Below, one piece after another: positions 13,001 through 28,000 of a stretch of 36,474 nucleotides of DNA. The stretch is taken from assembly GCA_022013385.1 (NCBI GenBank), contig JAKLQJ010000119.1, positions 1-36,474 of the forward strand, read 5' to 3'. The position numbers and the translations under genes are program-made. This DNA comes from Elusimicrobiota bacterium (GTDB taxonomy: Bacteria > Elusimicrobiota > Elusimicrobia > Elusimicrobiales > UBA9959). The notes under the pieces were generated by a model. That model was given only the letters and a program-made list of their open reading frames with translations, was not told the DNA's origin and searched no databases. Position 1 is the stretch's first letter. Each line of letters begins with the position of its first letter.

Positions 13001-16000
13001 TATTGCCCCAATTATCCAAAGCCGTACCCGAAATTTGAGAAATAAGCCTTATGCTTCCCGTTGAAGGCTCAATTATTCTTGCCACAGGGGAGCTGGTATC
13101 TATGGTAAAATCAAAAAAAGGCGAAGGAGTGGTTTTTATATTGCCGGCTTTGTCTGTGATTTTTACTTGAAGTTCATAAGCTTTATTTGCTTCCCACTGG
13201 GGAAGCTGAGTGTCCAAATACCAGTATTCGCTGTTTGAATCAAAAATTCCGTCGCCGGCATTTACAATAAGCCAGCTTGAGCCGGCGACCCAATAAGCGC
13301 CGTCCCAATAATAGCTTAGATTCCCTGTGGAAAGAGCTATTTCAACTTTCGTTATTACGCCGATACCCAAATCACTTGCGGTTCCGTCTATTTTAGAAAG
13401 AGGTTTTTCATACGGAGCGTCCGGTTTAATAAGGGTAGAATCCGGAAAATCACCGTCTATATGGAAATATCTCTCAACAAACGGAGACGGCTCGGGTATG
13501 CTCTCATTGTCATTATAACCTCTGACCGCAAGTTTGAATTTATTTGTTCCGGCAGGCCATATACCGCTTATATTTTTGGTCCATGCAAGATTATCGGCGC
13601 CGAAAAATCCGCAAGTTGACTGTCCGATCACATAAGTGTCTTCCGTGCATCCGGCGAGATAGGTGACGGTTGAAATCCAGCCGCCCGGGGTCCAGACCGT
13701 ATCCGGTTCAGAAGCGGTGTTTATTATCCTGACTTGGACGGTGGTAGAGTACAAAGCGGTTCCGGATATCACTGTTAAGTCAGAAGGTTTATAATATGGC
13801 TGTCCGGCAATGGGAACTGCTATGGCGGTGTCAGGCTTTGGAGTTTGCAATTTAAATTGTATCCACGGGCCATTGGCGGGACCTATTTTAGCGGTTTCAT
13901 TTTGAGCCTTATCAACGGCCTTAGCGAATATCCTGTAATTTACGCCGTCTTTTGTCGTAATCCATGTCGGGGTTGAAGCTCCCGATGCCTCCCATTTATC
14001 ATCTGGCAATATGGCCGCATTATAAAACAACTCTGAAGCGGAACTCCAATTGCCCGCATTGCGATCCCAATATCCCAAAGGAGCGTCCGCTTTATAATAA
14101 GAAACCGCGACCATATCAAGCTCGCCGGGAGCCGTATCCGAAGCGCTGCCCGATATTATTGTCAATTCGCTGTCTACCGTACTGCCGTTGGCGGGATAAG
14201 TTACTGTTGATGTCGGAGCCGTAAAATCAGCTTTAATGTTTGTCGCCGTAGAATAGACAAGCTGATAATTGCCCGCTTTATCTCGGCCATAAACATTCAT
14301 CTCGTATTCTTCGCCCGTTTGCCACGGCGTCGTTCCAAATTGCCACCATGTGGCATTGGCGCTTAATGTTCCCGAACTTATGACATCGTTCCACACCTCG
14401 GGAGCGTTTTCAACCGTCCAGCTTGAATCCGATACTCTCCAGTAATGAGCAATCTTCGGACCTGCCAATTGCTTGATTCTGACATACATATTGCCGACCA
14501 TGCCGTTCGGCGTATCATATGAATTGCCTGTTATCTTGCCTGTTTGGCTTATATAGGCATTATTATAAGGGTAGGTTATAGCCGCGGTGGGTCTCTTTAT
14601 ATCATAAACGAAAGTGCACTTCAGGCCATACCCTTCTTCATTGGTAGCGACATCAAAAGCATTGGTCTCTATTGTATATTTCTCGCCGTCTACATAAGCC
14701 GCATCAAGAGTAATATTCTGAACCCAATTGTCTAAAGGCTCTTCTCCGCTGAGAACACTAATATCGCTTTGCCAATTTATACCGTTCCAGTAATAACCGT
14801 TTGACTTTCTAAAATAAAACTTCACTTGATTAACTCCGGAAAGAGCGTCATAGCTTGTGCCTTTTATAGTTATGGGTTTTGCCGAGAGATTAATATGTTC
14901 GCCATCAGCCGGATAAACTACATCAGAGATAGGCATGCCCGTATCAAATTGAAACGACGCGGTTGCATAAGTTATGTCCCAATTGCCAATTTTATCCTCA
15001 GATTTTATCCTAATTCTAAAACTTGCTCCTGTTGTCCATGTGGAATCTTCCACGGCATAAGTCCATGAAGCCGAAGTTGTCCATATAGTCGGCGAAACAC
15101 TAATCCACGGCGCCTCATTTTCGGTTTTACCGGATATAGACCACGCGCCGCTCAAAGACGGGTCATAATACTTGCCCTGTGAATAGTCGAAAATTGTCAT
15201 TTTAATTTCGTTTATCCCGATATTATCCTCGGCCGTGCCGCTTAACTCAGTCAGGGTATTATAAGCGACGGCGCTGGGCACTGAAATAAAAGATGAAGGT
15301 CTCTCATTGTTAAAAACACGCGTAGAATACAGAGTTGAATAATTACCCGCATAATCAAGGACTCGCGCTTCAACCGTATAATCCGTTTTTTCAATAAGAA
15401 TGTTCTTATCTATAGTATAATACCATGAGGTCTGTCCCAATTTTATTGAATCATTCCATGTATCCGGCGCAGCCGCCCAAACACCGGTATCTCCGTTCCA
15501 ATATTTTGTTCCCTCTATGCCGGTCGTGGATATTCTGATATATGTCAATTTATGACCGGCCATATCGGCATTGGCCGTTCCGTATATATTGGTATTTGAG
15601 TTTAAAGACAATTCGGTAGGACTCGTTATCTGAACCGAGGGCGGTGTATCGTCCACTATAAATTTTCTTTTAATGTACGGAGCTATTTCCCAATTGCCGT
15701 CGCCCGTATTGTCGGAAAGCCTTGAATCATCCATAGCCTTTACTTCAAGCGTATATTCTCTATCGTCGGTTGACCAAGCTATATCCTCCAAGTAATACCA
15801 GTTCCATACGGGAGGCGAAGCAGCCAAAGTGTTTGCCTGCCACGCGGTAGCCTCGGTCACCGTATAAGAACTGAATTCCGCTCCGGTCCAATAATATGTA
15901 TCGCCGCTTAAAAGGTATGAAAGCCTTATAAACGAGTCTTTAACTCCCGCGTATGTATTAGACGGATTCTCAAAAGCCGTTCCCTCAAGTTGCGTTCCGT

Positions 16001-19000
16001 TTCCCGTCTGCCCTATATTCGCGGAATTATATCTTCCGCTTATACCGTCTCCGTCGTCCAAAGGCATTGATATGTATGAAACAGGCTTGTCTTTATCAAT
16101 GTATATTGTCATGGAACTAACATTAAGCGCTTGCTCATCTTCCATATTCTCCGCGATATCCAAAGCTCTTACAATAATCCAATATTTGTAATTTGACGCA
16201 AAATCGGCATTCATACCCGTCGGAGAATATGTCCAACTCGTGGCGTCAGGCGAAAGATAACCGTTTATCGCGCCGATATCTATCCAATTCGGATTTGAGC
16301 CTGGGACAATAAAAGACTCTCCGTTATACCAAAAAGGCGCTCCCGCCTGTTTTTGTATAGCTATTTGAACGATTTTATTTTTCCAATCGTCAAACGCGGT
16401 GCCGGATATTGACGGCAGGCTTCTTACCGTCCATGTGGAGGGAATAAGTATTTTTGAAGTCGGAGATGTTCTATCTATTGTAAATATCTTCTCGCCCGCA
16501 ATACCTAAGTTTCCGGCTTTATCATTTGAAAAAAGCTGCGCTATGTATACCTTGTCCGTTTCCCAAGCCTGGCCGCTTGAAAAATAATCGGTTGTATAAG
16601 TGGCTAGATTTCCGGCCACATTAGCCGTTAAATCTGTATAAGGCGGACTTAATGCCGTAAATGTTGACTCTTGCCAATTCCAATATTGCTCAATAAGCTC
16701 TCTTTTGACTCTAAAATATACATTTTGCAAAACTCCCGGAGATATGTCGCTGACATTGCCTTTAAGCTGGACAAGCGATTTAATATAATCCGCGGCCGGA
16801 ACGGTTATGGCAACAACAGGAGCGCTTGAGTCTATTATGAATTTTTTGCCCGCGCCCTCAGTATATTCTTCATAAAGGTCAGGTACGGTATCCTCATTAA
16901 TGCCTTTTGACGCGATTTTGTATTGTCTATTGCCGTTCCACTGAGCAGAAAGCAGGGAAAAGCTCCAATTGGTCCCGTCAAAACTATTAACCCCCACAAA
17001 ATCATTGAATGTATTTGTTGAAACCCATATACTGCCATTCCATGCCAAATTATCATTACCCGTCAATTCCCCTAAATCCGGGCCAAAATCAATGATTTTT
17101 AATTGAACGGTGGTTGAATGAACCGCGGTGCCCGCTATACCGGGAATCGCTGTAAGCCTCCAATGCGGCACACTGGTGTCGGGAGTGGCAATTAAAGAAA
17201 TCGGCGAAGGTGTTTGCAAAATAAATTTGATATAAGACGAAGCTGCCGCCGGCGCGCCGGGTTTTACCACCTCATTGCCGGCTTGATCCACACCCTTCGC
17301 AAATATTTCATAATCAATACCGCTTGTGCTTGTTTCCCATGTAGGAGTTGAAGCTCCTGTGGCTTCCCATTTATCATCTGGCAGTATATCGGCATCATAA
17401 AATAAAGCCGTATCGGAATCCCATGCGCCCGTAATTCTGTTCCAATATTTCCCATTGCAAGCGCCGGAAACGCAACGATAGGACAATTGAACCTTGTCTA
17501 AAACACCTGGCAATAGATCGGAAGCGGAACCTGAGATAATAGTTAAATCCGTTTGAACGATATCGCCGTGTCCCGGATAAGTTATGGTTGAAGTAGGCGC
17601 TGTAAAATCAGCGGTGATACCTGTCACTGTTGAATAAACCGTATCATAATTATTCGCTTTGTCTTTGACATACGAATTCATTTCATAAGTTTCGCCGGTT
17701 TGCCACGGCGTTGTTCCCAATTGCCACCATGTGGCATTGGCGCTTAATGTTCCCGAACTTATTACATCGTTCCACACCTCGGGAGCGCCTTCAACCGTCC
17801 AGCTTGAATCCGAAACCCGCCAATAGCGACCTTCATTGGGTCCAAACGATTGTTTAATTCTGATATAGGCATTTTCCACCATTCCGTTAGGCTTATCATA
17901 GGAATCGCCTGTTATTTTGCCTGTCTGACTTATGTAACCGTTATTGTATGGATAAGTTATAGCTCCCGTCGGCTTTGATATATCATAAACAAATGCGCAT
18001 TTAAGCCCATAGCCTCCCTCTTCCTCATTTGTAGCAATATCCGTCGCCATGGTTTCTATCGTATACTTCTCACTGTCAACATAAGTTTCCGCCCTGTTGA
18101 GCAATTCTGACCAAGGGTTCGTATTGTCCGCGAGTAAGTATACAGGAACGCTTTGCCAAGCTAAACCATTCCAATAATCGCCGTTTGATTTTTTAAGATA
18201 GAACTTTACATCAGTTACCCCCGAACCGAAATCCGAGCTTGTTCCCGTTACCGTTATGTCCCTGTCAGACAAATTAAGATAAGAACCGTCGACGGGATAA
18301 GTTACAGTTGAAACAGGGGCATGAGTATCAAATTGAAAAGTGGCGGTGTCATAAAGGATATCCCAGTTTCCGGCTTTGTCTTGGGATTTTATTCTGATTC
18401 TGAAATTAGCTCCGCTGGTCCATGTTGAATCCTCTATGTCATAAGTCCATGAAGCCGACGATTCATATATCAATGTTTGCGGACTAATCCACGGAGCATC
18501 GTCAATACTATTGCAACCCGCCGTAAACCATGGATCCGGAGTATATGAGGGGTCATAACATTTGCTTTGGTCATAATTTCTTATGCTTATCCGAATTCCG
18601 CTTATTCCGATATTATCTTCGGCCGTTCCGCTTAATTCGAGCAGGGTATTATAAGCCACAGCGCTTGGAACCGATATTTTGCTTTGCGGCCTTTGGTTTA
18701 AAAATGTCCTCGTGGAATATAGAGTTGAATAATTACCGGCATAATCAAGAGCTTGCGCTTCGACCGTATAAACCGTATTTTCAATCAAAATGCTCGGATC
18801 CACAGTATAATACCATGAGGTTGAGCCCAATTTTATTGTGTCATTCCAAGTTCCGGCCGAAGTAACCCAAGCGCCGGCGCTGTCATCCCAATAATGCTTG
18901 ACTGTAGTACCTGTTGAAATTCTAATTTTAGCCAAATCAAATCCGGATATATTCGCATCCGCCGTTCCGTATATATTGGTGTTTGAATTCAAAGACAATT

Positions 19001-22000
19001 CGGTCGGACTTGTTATCTGAACCGAAGGCGGTGTATTGTCCACCATAAAATTATGGGTGATAAAAGGCTCTGTTTCCCAATTACCCTCGCCTATGCCGTC
19101 GGAAAGGCGGGATTTATCCATTGATTTGACTTCAAGCTTATAAGGCCTGTCACCCGACGGCCATATTATGTCCGCGGTATAAAGCCAATTCCATATAGGC
19201 GCGCTACCCGAAACCGAAGCGGGTTGCCATGCATTATCATAGGCCGCCGTGCCCGAACTAAAACCGATGCCTGTCCAATAATATGTGTCGCCGCTTAAAA
19301 GATATGAAAGCCGCGTCTTATTGGGATTGTCCGCGCCCGAATTATTAGCCGAATAGTCATTGTCCGTAACTGTTCCCTTAAATCTGGTATCCGGAATGCC
19401 CGATTTGCCGATATTCGCCGGATTATATCTGCCGCTTATGCCGTCGGCGTCGTCAGCCGGCAATGTAATGATTGTATCCGGCGCCGCCTTATCCACATAA
19501 ATTACCATCGACGAGCTATCTACTATAAAATCAGTCTGAACATTGCCTGCAATATCGGTTGAACGCGTCAAAATAAGATATTTCAGCCCGCCAGAAAAAT
19601 TATCATTCATATTCGCCGGCGCGTATATCCAGCTGGTCGCGTCCGGCGAAAGGAAACCGTTTCCTGCATTTATGTCAATCCAGCGAATGTCTCCTTCATT
19701 AAAACTCACGCCGTTATACCATAATTGCGGGTCGCCCCATTGTTGAATGGCTATCTGCACGCTTTCGTTTTTATGGTCGTCACTTACCGTTCCGGATATC
19801 AACGGAATAGAATTTATGCCCGTAATGCCATTAGGCGGAACAAGTATTTTTGATACCGGCGATGTTCTATCCACCGTAAATGTCTTCTCGCCCGCCCAGC
19901 TTGAATTGCCGGCTTTGTCATTTGAAAAAAATTGCGCTATATATGTCTTGTCCGTTTCCCAAGCCTGGCCGCTTGAAAAATAATCGGTTGTATAAGTGGC
20001 TAGATTTCCGGCCACATTGGCCGTTAAACTAGTATAAGGCGGACTTAAAGCCGTAAATGTTGATTCTTGCCAGTTCCAATATTGCTCAATAAGCTCTCTT
20101 TTGACTCTGAAATATGTATTTTGCAAAACTCCCGGCGATATGTCGCTGACATTGCCTTCAAGCTGGACAAGCGATTTAATATAATCCGCGGCCGGAACGG
20201 TTATAGCAACAATAGGAGCGCTTGAGTCTATTATGAATTTTTCGCCTGTTCCCTCAGTATATTCTTCAGGAAGGTCAGGCTCGGGATCTTCATTAATACC
20301 TTTTGATGCAACTTTGTATTGTCTATTGCCGTTCCACTGAGCAGGCGATAAGGAAAAATTCCAGTTGAGCCCGTCAAAACTATTAACCCCCACAAAATTA
20401 TTGAATGTGTTTGTCGAAACCCATGCTCCTCCATCCCAACATAAATTATCACTACCCGTCAATTCCCCTAAATCCGGGCCAAAATCAATGATTTTTAATT
20501 GAACGGTGGTTGAATGAACCGCTGTGCCCGATATGCTGGGAATCGTGGCAAGCCTCCAATGCGGCTCGCTGATATCGGGAACGGCAATTAAAGAAATCGG
20601 CTGAGGCGTTGTTAATGTAAATCCAATGTGCGAGGAATTTGCCGCCGGAGCGCCCGGTTTTGCAACCTCATTGCCGGCCAGATCCATGCCTTTAGCGAAA
20701 ATACGGTAATTTATTCCCGCTACAGATGTAATCCATGTGGGCGTTGAAGCGCCTGTAGCTTCCCATTTATCATTCGGCAATATGGCCGCGTCATAAAATA
20801 TTTCAGTATCCGAACTCCATAAGCCGGTATTTCTGTCCCAGTATTTTCCGCTACAAACGCCGGAACCGCAATAATAAGATAATCTGACCTTGTCTAAAAC
20901 ACCGGGCGGTAAATCGGAAGCCGAACCTGAAATAACCGTCAATTCAACTTGAATAATCTGCCCATTGGCAGGATATGTCACGGTTGAAGTCGGCGAAGTA
21001 AAGTCAGCTTTAATATTCGTTGCTGTGGAATAAATAAGCTGATGATTATCCGCCTTATCCTTGGCATAGGCGTTTATTTCATAAACTTCGCCCGTTTGCC
21101 ACGGCGTCGTTCCCAATTGCCACCATGTGGCATTGGCGCTTAATGTTCCCGAACTTATCACATCGTTCCAGACCTCGGGAGCGCCTTCAACCGTCCAGCT
21201 TGAATCCGAAACCCGCCAATAATGATCTTCTTTTGGGCCAAATGATTGCTTAATTCTGATATAGGCATTTTCTACCATTCCGTTTGGCTTATCATAGGAA
21301 TCGCCCGTGATTTTACCGGTCCGGCTTATATATCCGTTATTATAGGGGTAGGCTATTGATGAAGTCGGTTTTGATATATCATAGACAAACTCCGAATCCC
21401 TGATATCCGCGTTTCCCAAACCGTTTTCCTCTTGATTTGTCGCCGCGTCATAAGCCTTTGACACCAATTTATACAAATGTCCGTCTTCCCAGGTCGGTTT
21501 GCCATAATCCTGTCCTAACCAGTACCAATCATCCGCTATCATAGCCGTGAACAGCCATATTTCGCTGCCCGTCCATCCCACGCCGTTCCAATAAGCCGCT
21601 CCCTGAGTTAAGTCCCGCAAATATAATTTGACTTGCGCAACTCCTGAACCTGCGCTGGGGTCAAAGGAAGTGCCGGTAATTGAGTCGGTTGAAATTGAAG
21701 CATAATGAGTTCCGTCAACGGGGAAAACGACGGCGGTTTCAGGATTGGTATTGTCAAATTTAAAAGTTTTCGTTGAATAAACCGCGTCATAATTGTCAAC
21801 ATAATCTCTTGACCTTGCCTCTATTCTGTAAGTATACCCGGATACCCATGGTTGCGAAGTAAAGGAATAAGAAAAAGTTCCGCTTGACTGAGCTCCGCCC
21901 GCCCATGAAAATGCTGTGGTTGAAAAATAGGTATTCGGGTCGCAAGGGGACTCGCAAGTTTCCCAAGCGCCGTTGATAAAATCCCAATACCCCGCTCCTA

Positions 22001-25000
22001 TCGGAGTAAACACTCTTATTTTTACCGTCTGTTCGGTATCCGCTGTATGAAGCTTTCTATTGTCTTTGGCGGTGCCGCTTATTAGAGGCAGAGAATTGTA
22101 CTGCGCCGCGGAAGGCAATTGAATCAGTGTCGTCGGATTTTCATTATCTATCCAAAACGCCGCCTGCGGGGACGCGGCTCCTTGATTTGCCCCTGATTCG
22201 GCGCTGTCCTTGCTTCTGATATTGACATAATATTTGTAGCCGCTATTCCATGCTCCGGACATATTTTTGGTTAATGTCGCCGTAGTCCCCAAAACCGTAA
22301 AATCGTCCACTGAAAACCAGACATTCGCGTCATAGCTTATCCATTGCGTTCCGTCCCATGTCCCGTCGGGAATATCGTCGCCGTTTATATCTCTGTGAAG
22401 GCGCGCCTGTCCGTCCGCCGGAATTGTGTATTCATCATAAGAAGTGCCTGTAATGGACGCCACATCGGAATAAGTTTCGCCGTCAACAGGATATGTTATT
22501 TGCGAAACCGGCCCCTGATTATCGCATAAAAAGGTTTTGCCTTGATAAGCGGCGGTTTCCGCATTCCCGCCTTTATCTGCCGCTATGGAAGTGATATAGT
22601 ATTCTTCGGCGTATGTCCAATCTATATTTGATTCCGTATATGTCCATGATGACTCGTCAATAGCTGCCGCGTTCCAGACCTCGGTTTCGATTGTGTCCCA
22701 TAAATCCGTGGAACCGTTCCAGTATTTTGTCGTTCCGCCGTCAAGCCATTTTATAGCGACTTTTACGCTTTGCAAACCGGCCGGCCCCGCATCTTCGGCG
22801 GTTCCTTCAATAACGGACAAATTACTGTGCTTGGTATTATTCAAGGGAGCGGTAACTCTGGATTCAGGAGGCGAAATATCCACGATATACATACTGCCTT
22901 TATGAGGAACCTCTATATACGAAGCGCTGACAAATTGTCTTTTGCTGCGTATTATGTATTCCCCTGTCGTCCATGTAATGCTTGAAGCGTCAAAGGTAAA
23001 GGGCCGGTATTCCCCCTCATCGCCGCCTAAAACGGCATCATTCCATACTTCTCCTCCCGAACCCCATCCTCCGATTCCTCCGCCCAATGACTGGTCCCAA
23101 TATTCTTCAAGCGTTTTATTGTAAACACTGACTTTCACCCAATTAGTCCCACCAGTATAGTCCGACCATGCCCTTCCGATAATTGAGATTGTGCCGGAAC
23201 TTATTTCGCCGTGATAAGGAGTATCTACTATGGACCACGGACGATCGCCTGCCGAGTAAAAAGTTTCTCCCGCTCCCGCTATTTCGTCTTTTATCTGAGT
23301 GGAACATCTCGCTTTTATCGTGGCATAATAAAAAAGGCTATATGAACCAACAGTGCCCGGCATATCGGTTCCGTCATAACGCCAATAAACAGGTCCCACT
23401 GCAGCCGTTATGCCTATATCTTTCCAATAATCCGCTTCATTGCCGGTTACCCAAGAGCCGGCCCAATTCCAGTAGTATAAAGGCGCTCCTTCCCGAATGA
23501 TGAGTATTTCAACCTTATCAACTTCAGCTTCTCCCGCTGTAGATTTTCCTTGAACTACTGAAGGCGTAAAATAGTCATAAGCCGGTAAATTAACGGCATA
23601 AGGGGTATAAATTTCAGTTTGCGGGGCATTGGCGTCATATGTAAAAGTTGCCGAGGATATAAAAGTGTCTCCCAGATTTTCCTGAGCATTGCCGGCCGAG
23701 TCAACAGCTTTTGCCCTTACTATATAAGATTTTAGATTTTCCCAAGCCGGCACATCATAGTAATTCCAAGCGGCCAAAACGCCGGTCGCGGCGCTTTTGT
23801 TTATCAAAGTTTCGGTTGCGTCAAGCCAATATTCGACGGCTCCCCAGCCTGTGGCCGGGCCTTCCCAATATAAATATGAGCCGAAATTTTGCCTTATTGA
23901 AACTTTAACCGATTCCTCATCCAGTTCGGAACCCGGATAATAATCTTTGTACAAGCCTTGTATTTCATCCAAAGCGCTCAATTCCGACCCATCAACAGGT
24001 TGAGTAATGGTGGCTGTTGGATAACGAATGTCATAATCAAATATATTTGTCGCCAAAATAGTTTGAACATTGCCGGCGGAGTCGGTGGCTTTGGATTGAA
24101 TTTCATACCGATGCCCGTCAATCACATTCGGAACGGAATATGTCCACGGAGTGGCTAAAGTTTCGGGACTGATTACATTTACCGGTATCCATATGGCGGA
24201 AGCGCTTTCTAACCAGCCGGCGCCGTTCCAGTAAGTGGTCGGCCACTCTAATTCGCCTTTAATACCCAAATCCCTTATCCAAACCGACACACCGTCGGCG
24301 GGTATACCCGATAAATCATCATCACTCTGACCTTGAATTAAACTTAATCCGCTTGCATTATAAGCGCCGCCGTTTTCGGGCAACGAGACACTGCTGTTCG
24401 GATTTAACATATCCACAATAAAGCTCGAGGTGGTAATATTGGTCTGCCAGCGACCGACATCGTCCTTTGCCCTCGCGCTTAATTCATATTTTCCGGAAGT
24501 CCAATTCACGCCCTTATGAGACCAGTTAAGCGCGGTCACCGATAAATTTTTAAGGTCATCGGAACTAATCCATAAATCGTATCCCTCATCATCGTGCCAA
24601 AACACGCCGTCCCAATACATATAAGGCGGACTAAACCCCGTGGAGGTTGATTTTTTTAAACAGATTTCAATAAGGTCCAGACCCTTATTATCAAAAGCTG
24701 TGCCGTAAATATCCCATGAACCGCCATAAATCCCGCTATCGGCGGGGGAGGTCGCAATGGCTACAGGCGGCTGTAAATCTATCGTAAACCTAACTCTTGG
24801 ATTATCAGGATTGGACAGGCTATTATCTTCTTGATTCCCTGCCTTATCAGTTGCCCTGTATCTGATTTCATAATCATAGTTGTTGAGCCAGCCTGTTGAA
24901 GGAATTATCGCCCAATCGTGTTCCCAGCGGAAATCTGTTCCGTTAAAACTCTCTCCTCCAAGACTGACATTTAAGGGAGTTTCCGCTCCCCAGCCCGAGC

Positions 25001-28000
25001 CTGTGAAATAATTGCCGCTTTGCTCATTGTAAATTGATATTTCGGTTTTATCCAAGGATGTGCCGACGGGGCCAAAATGAGAACTATCCCATGCCGTTCC
25101 GGATATTTCGCCAAGCCCGGCTAAAAGCGCTCCGTCGCTAACATTGGTTACCGTTGAAGTCGGTTTATCCGTATCGTACCAGAACATCGGCTGCGCGCTG
25201 TATCCGACATTTGGCGCTGGTATTGACGCATCCGTTCCTTTGACATAAAGCGCGTATTTCCTTCCGCTAACAAAAGCCGAAGCCGAAACTTTTAATCTCC
25301 AAAAACCCTGAGCATAAATATCGGCTATATTCCAGACTTCGCCCTCTTGCCATAACTTAGTCCCTTCATTCCAATAGGTGGTTCCCTGCGCAAGGTCGCG
25401 CAAACGCGCTTCAACTATGGATGCATCGACGGCTATGGTTCCTTGCATCGTTGTTTGGGGCCATAAAGGAGCCGAAATATATTCTAAAGATCCGGGAACA
25501 TTCACAATAGGCGCGGGAGCGGCAGTATCATATGTGAAAGTGATGGTGGTGAAATTGGTTTCATATCTCAACATATCTTTGGCCCGCGCATTTATATCGT
25601 ACTGCGTGGGAGGATTCCCTGTCCAATTGAAATTATCGGTATATGTCCAATCAGTGGTTCTCTGCCCCAGACTTCCCAAATCAATCCATGCATTGCTGGC
25701 ATAAAATATTGTAAAGTCATCGGCTGAATCATTCCAATACAGGTTGTCGGAATCCCTCTTTATTCTTATAGCCAAAGAATCAAGCCTGACAGTGTCCGAA
25801 GCAGTGCCGGTAATTTCGGTTAAAGACGAGTAATTGTTTCCGCTCTCAGGCTCGCTTATTCCGCTTGTCGGGCTTAAATAATCTACCCAGAATGTTACAG
25901 GGTTCCCGCCGGGATAGGCTTCTATTAAGGCTGATTGATCCCACGCGCTTGTCTGCGCATAATATGAAACATTATCCGACAGTCCCGAATTTACATTTAT
26001 ATACCACGGGTCCACACTTGTGGCGGTGTTCTCTTTCTCGCTGCTTATAAAACTATTGTCTGTGGCTGACCACCAATAATTATCGCTGTTTCGCCGTATC
26101 TTTACTTTTACCGCTGTTACTTCGCTCCCGGAATCGGAGCTTGTTCCGCTTATCGCATACGGAGCCTCATCCGATATATACTCGGCGCTCGGCGCCGTTA
26201 CGCTTGATACCGGTATTTGATTGTCAAATCTGAATGCCCTTGTGGAATACACATTGACATAATTTAATGCCTTATCTTGCGCCCTGACATTTATTTCATA
26301 ATCGGACCCGCTTATAAAACTTATTCCGCCGGGCGTCCCTGTTGAAAACCAGCTTGAATATAATGGCGTTACTGTTGACGACACCACAAACCACGCCGCT
26401 TCTTGTCCGGATATGTCATAATCACCCGTCCCTAAATTCCAATACGCATTGGCTGAGACATTTTTGACTCGCATTTGCACTTCTTTTATCTCGCCTAATC
26501 CGTTAGTATCGGCCGATGTCCCTCTTATGTACTCAAGCGAGGTTATATACGCGCTTGACGGCACCGTCGTTATCGCTACGGGCAACTGCGTGTCATATAT
26601 AAATTCCTGCGTTACTACTGTGGATGTGTTCCTTGACACATCCATACTCCGCGCTTCCACTCTGTACTTTGTGTTCGTTACCCAGCTCGGCGTTGAACTG
26701 CCGGTTAATGTCCATGCCGGCGGCCCGGCGCTATTGTCTAGCCAAACCCTGCCCGTTGAATCAAATCCTCCTCCGTCCCACCAAAATCCTAAAGGCGGAT
26801 TCCGCTGTATCGCTATTTGCGCTTTCAACATCCCCGATGTATACGGCCCTATGCTGTCTTCATCTTGCGCCGTCCCGTCTATCTGCCCCAATCCATTCAA
26901 AAAACTCGCGCCGGGATTATCTAAAGCTACTGTGGGCGCTTCCAAGTCATAGTAGAAGTAATTGGTGGCATATACGCTTAAATTTCCGCCCATATCATAT
27001 GCCCGCGCCTCTACCCGATATTTATATCCGTCTGTAAGCGGCGGCAGTTCCACTTGCCAGCCGCCGGCTCCCGCTCCCGCATAATGCCAACTGCTTATGT
27101 TTAGTTCCCAGCCTGTTGTGTGCCAGTACGAACTTGTGTTTACTTCATATATTCGCGCCTCTGCTTTCTCTATGTTCTGCGCGTCCGAACTTGTTCCGCT
27201 TATCCCGCTTAAATAATAACCGCTCTCAGCGCTGTTTTTTCCGTAGTAACGGTTATTAACCGGATTGATTATCCCCACTATCGGCTTGATAGTATCGTAT
27301 ACGAAAGTTATTGTTGAATATTCGACTGTCCAATTGTTCGCTTTATCCCGGCACTTTGCCACGAGCTGATATGTCGTCTGATCGATTAATCCGCTTAATC
27401 CTGTCCAGCTCCAACTGCTTATCCATACATTGTTGGCTTGATTATCCTCGCTTACCAATACCCAGCCTCCCGCGCTATATGAGGATACTTTTATTAGCGC
27501 CTCTTTCAATCCCGATATTGCCGCCGCCGCTGTCCCGGCTATAGCGGGAGTATAACTCAATACCGCGGCGGCTGTGGGCGATGTTATGGAAAGTAACGGA
27601 GGACTGCTATCCACTATGAAATTATGGATGAGAAAAGGCTCTGTTTCCCAATTGCCTGCGCCGGTATCATCCGAAAGACGGGACTTATCCCCTGATTTCA
27701 CTTCAAGCCTATAAGGCCTGTCCCCTGAAGGCCATATTATGTCCGTAGTATACATCCAAATTAAAGGCGGCGTGCCGGTAAAAACGGATGCCGTCCGCCA
27801 AGCATCGGCCTCAGCCGCCGCGCCGGAACTAAAAATCACACCCATCCAATAGTATGTGTCCCCGCTTAAAAGATATGAAAACCTTATTCTGTTGGTGGCA
27901 TCCGCGCCGGAATTATTGGCGGAATAATAAGTATCGTCAACATGGCCGTAAAATCTGGTGTCCGGCGGACCTGATTTGCCTATATCGGCGGAATTGTATC

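Noticed and set aside
14340-21160. Near-identical repeats as a diversity-generating retroelement TR/VR pair
   Set aside because: The copies are in-frame parts of a multi-kb coding duplication, the differences are not confined to adenines, and no reverse transcriptase is in the window.
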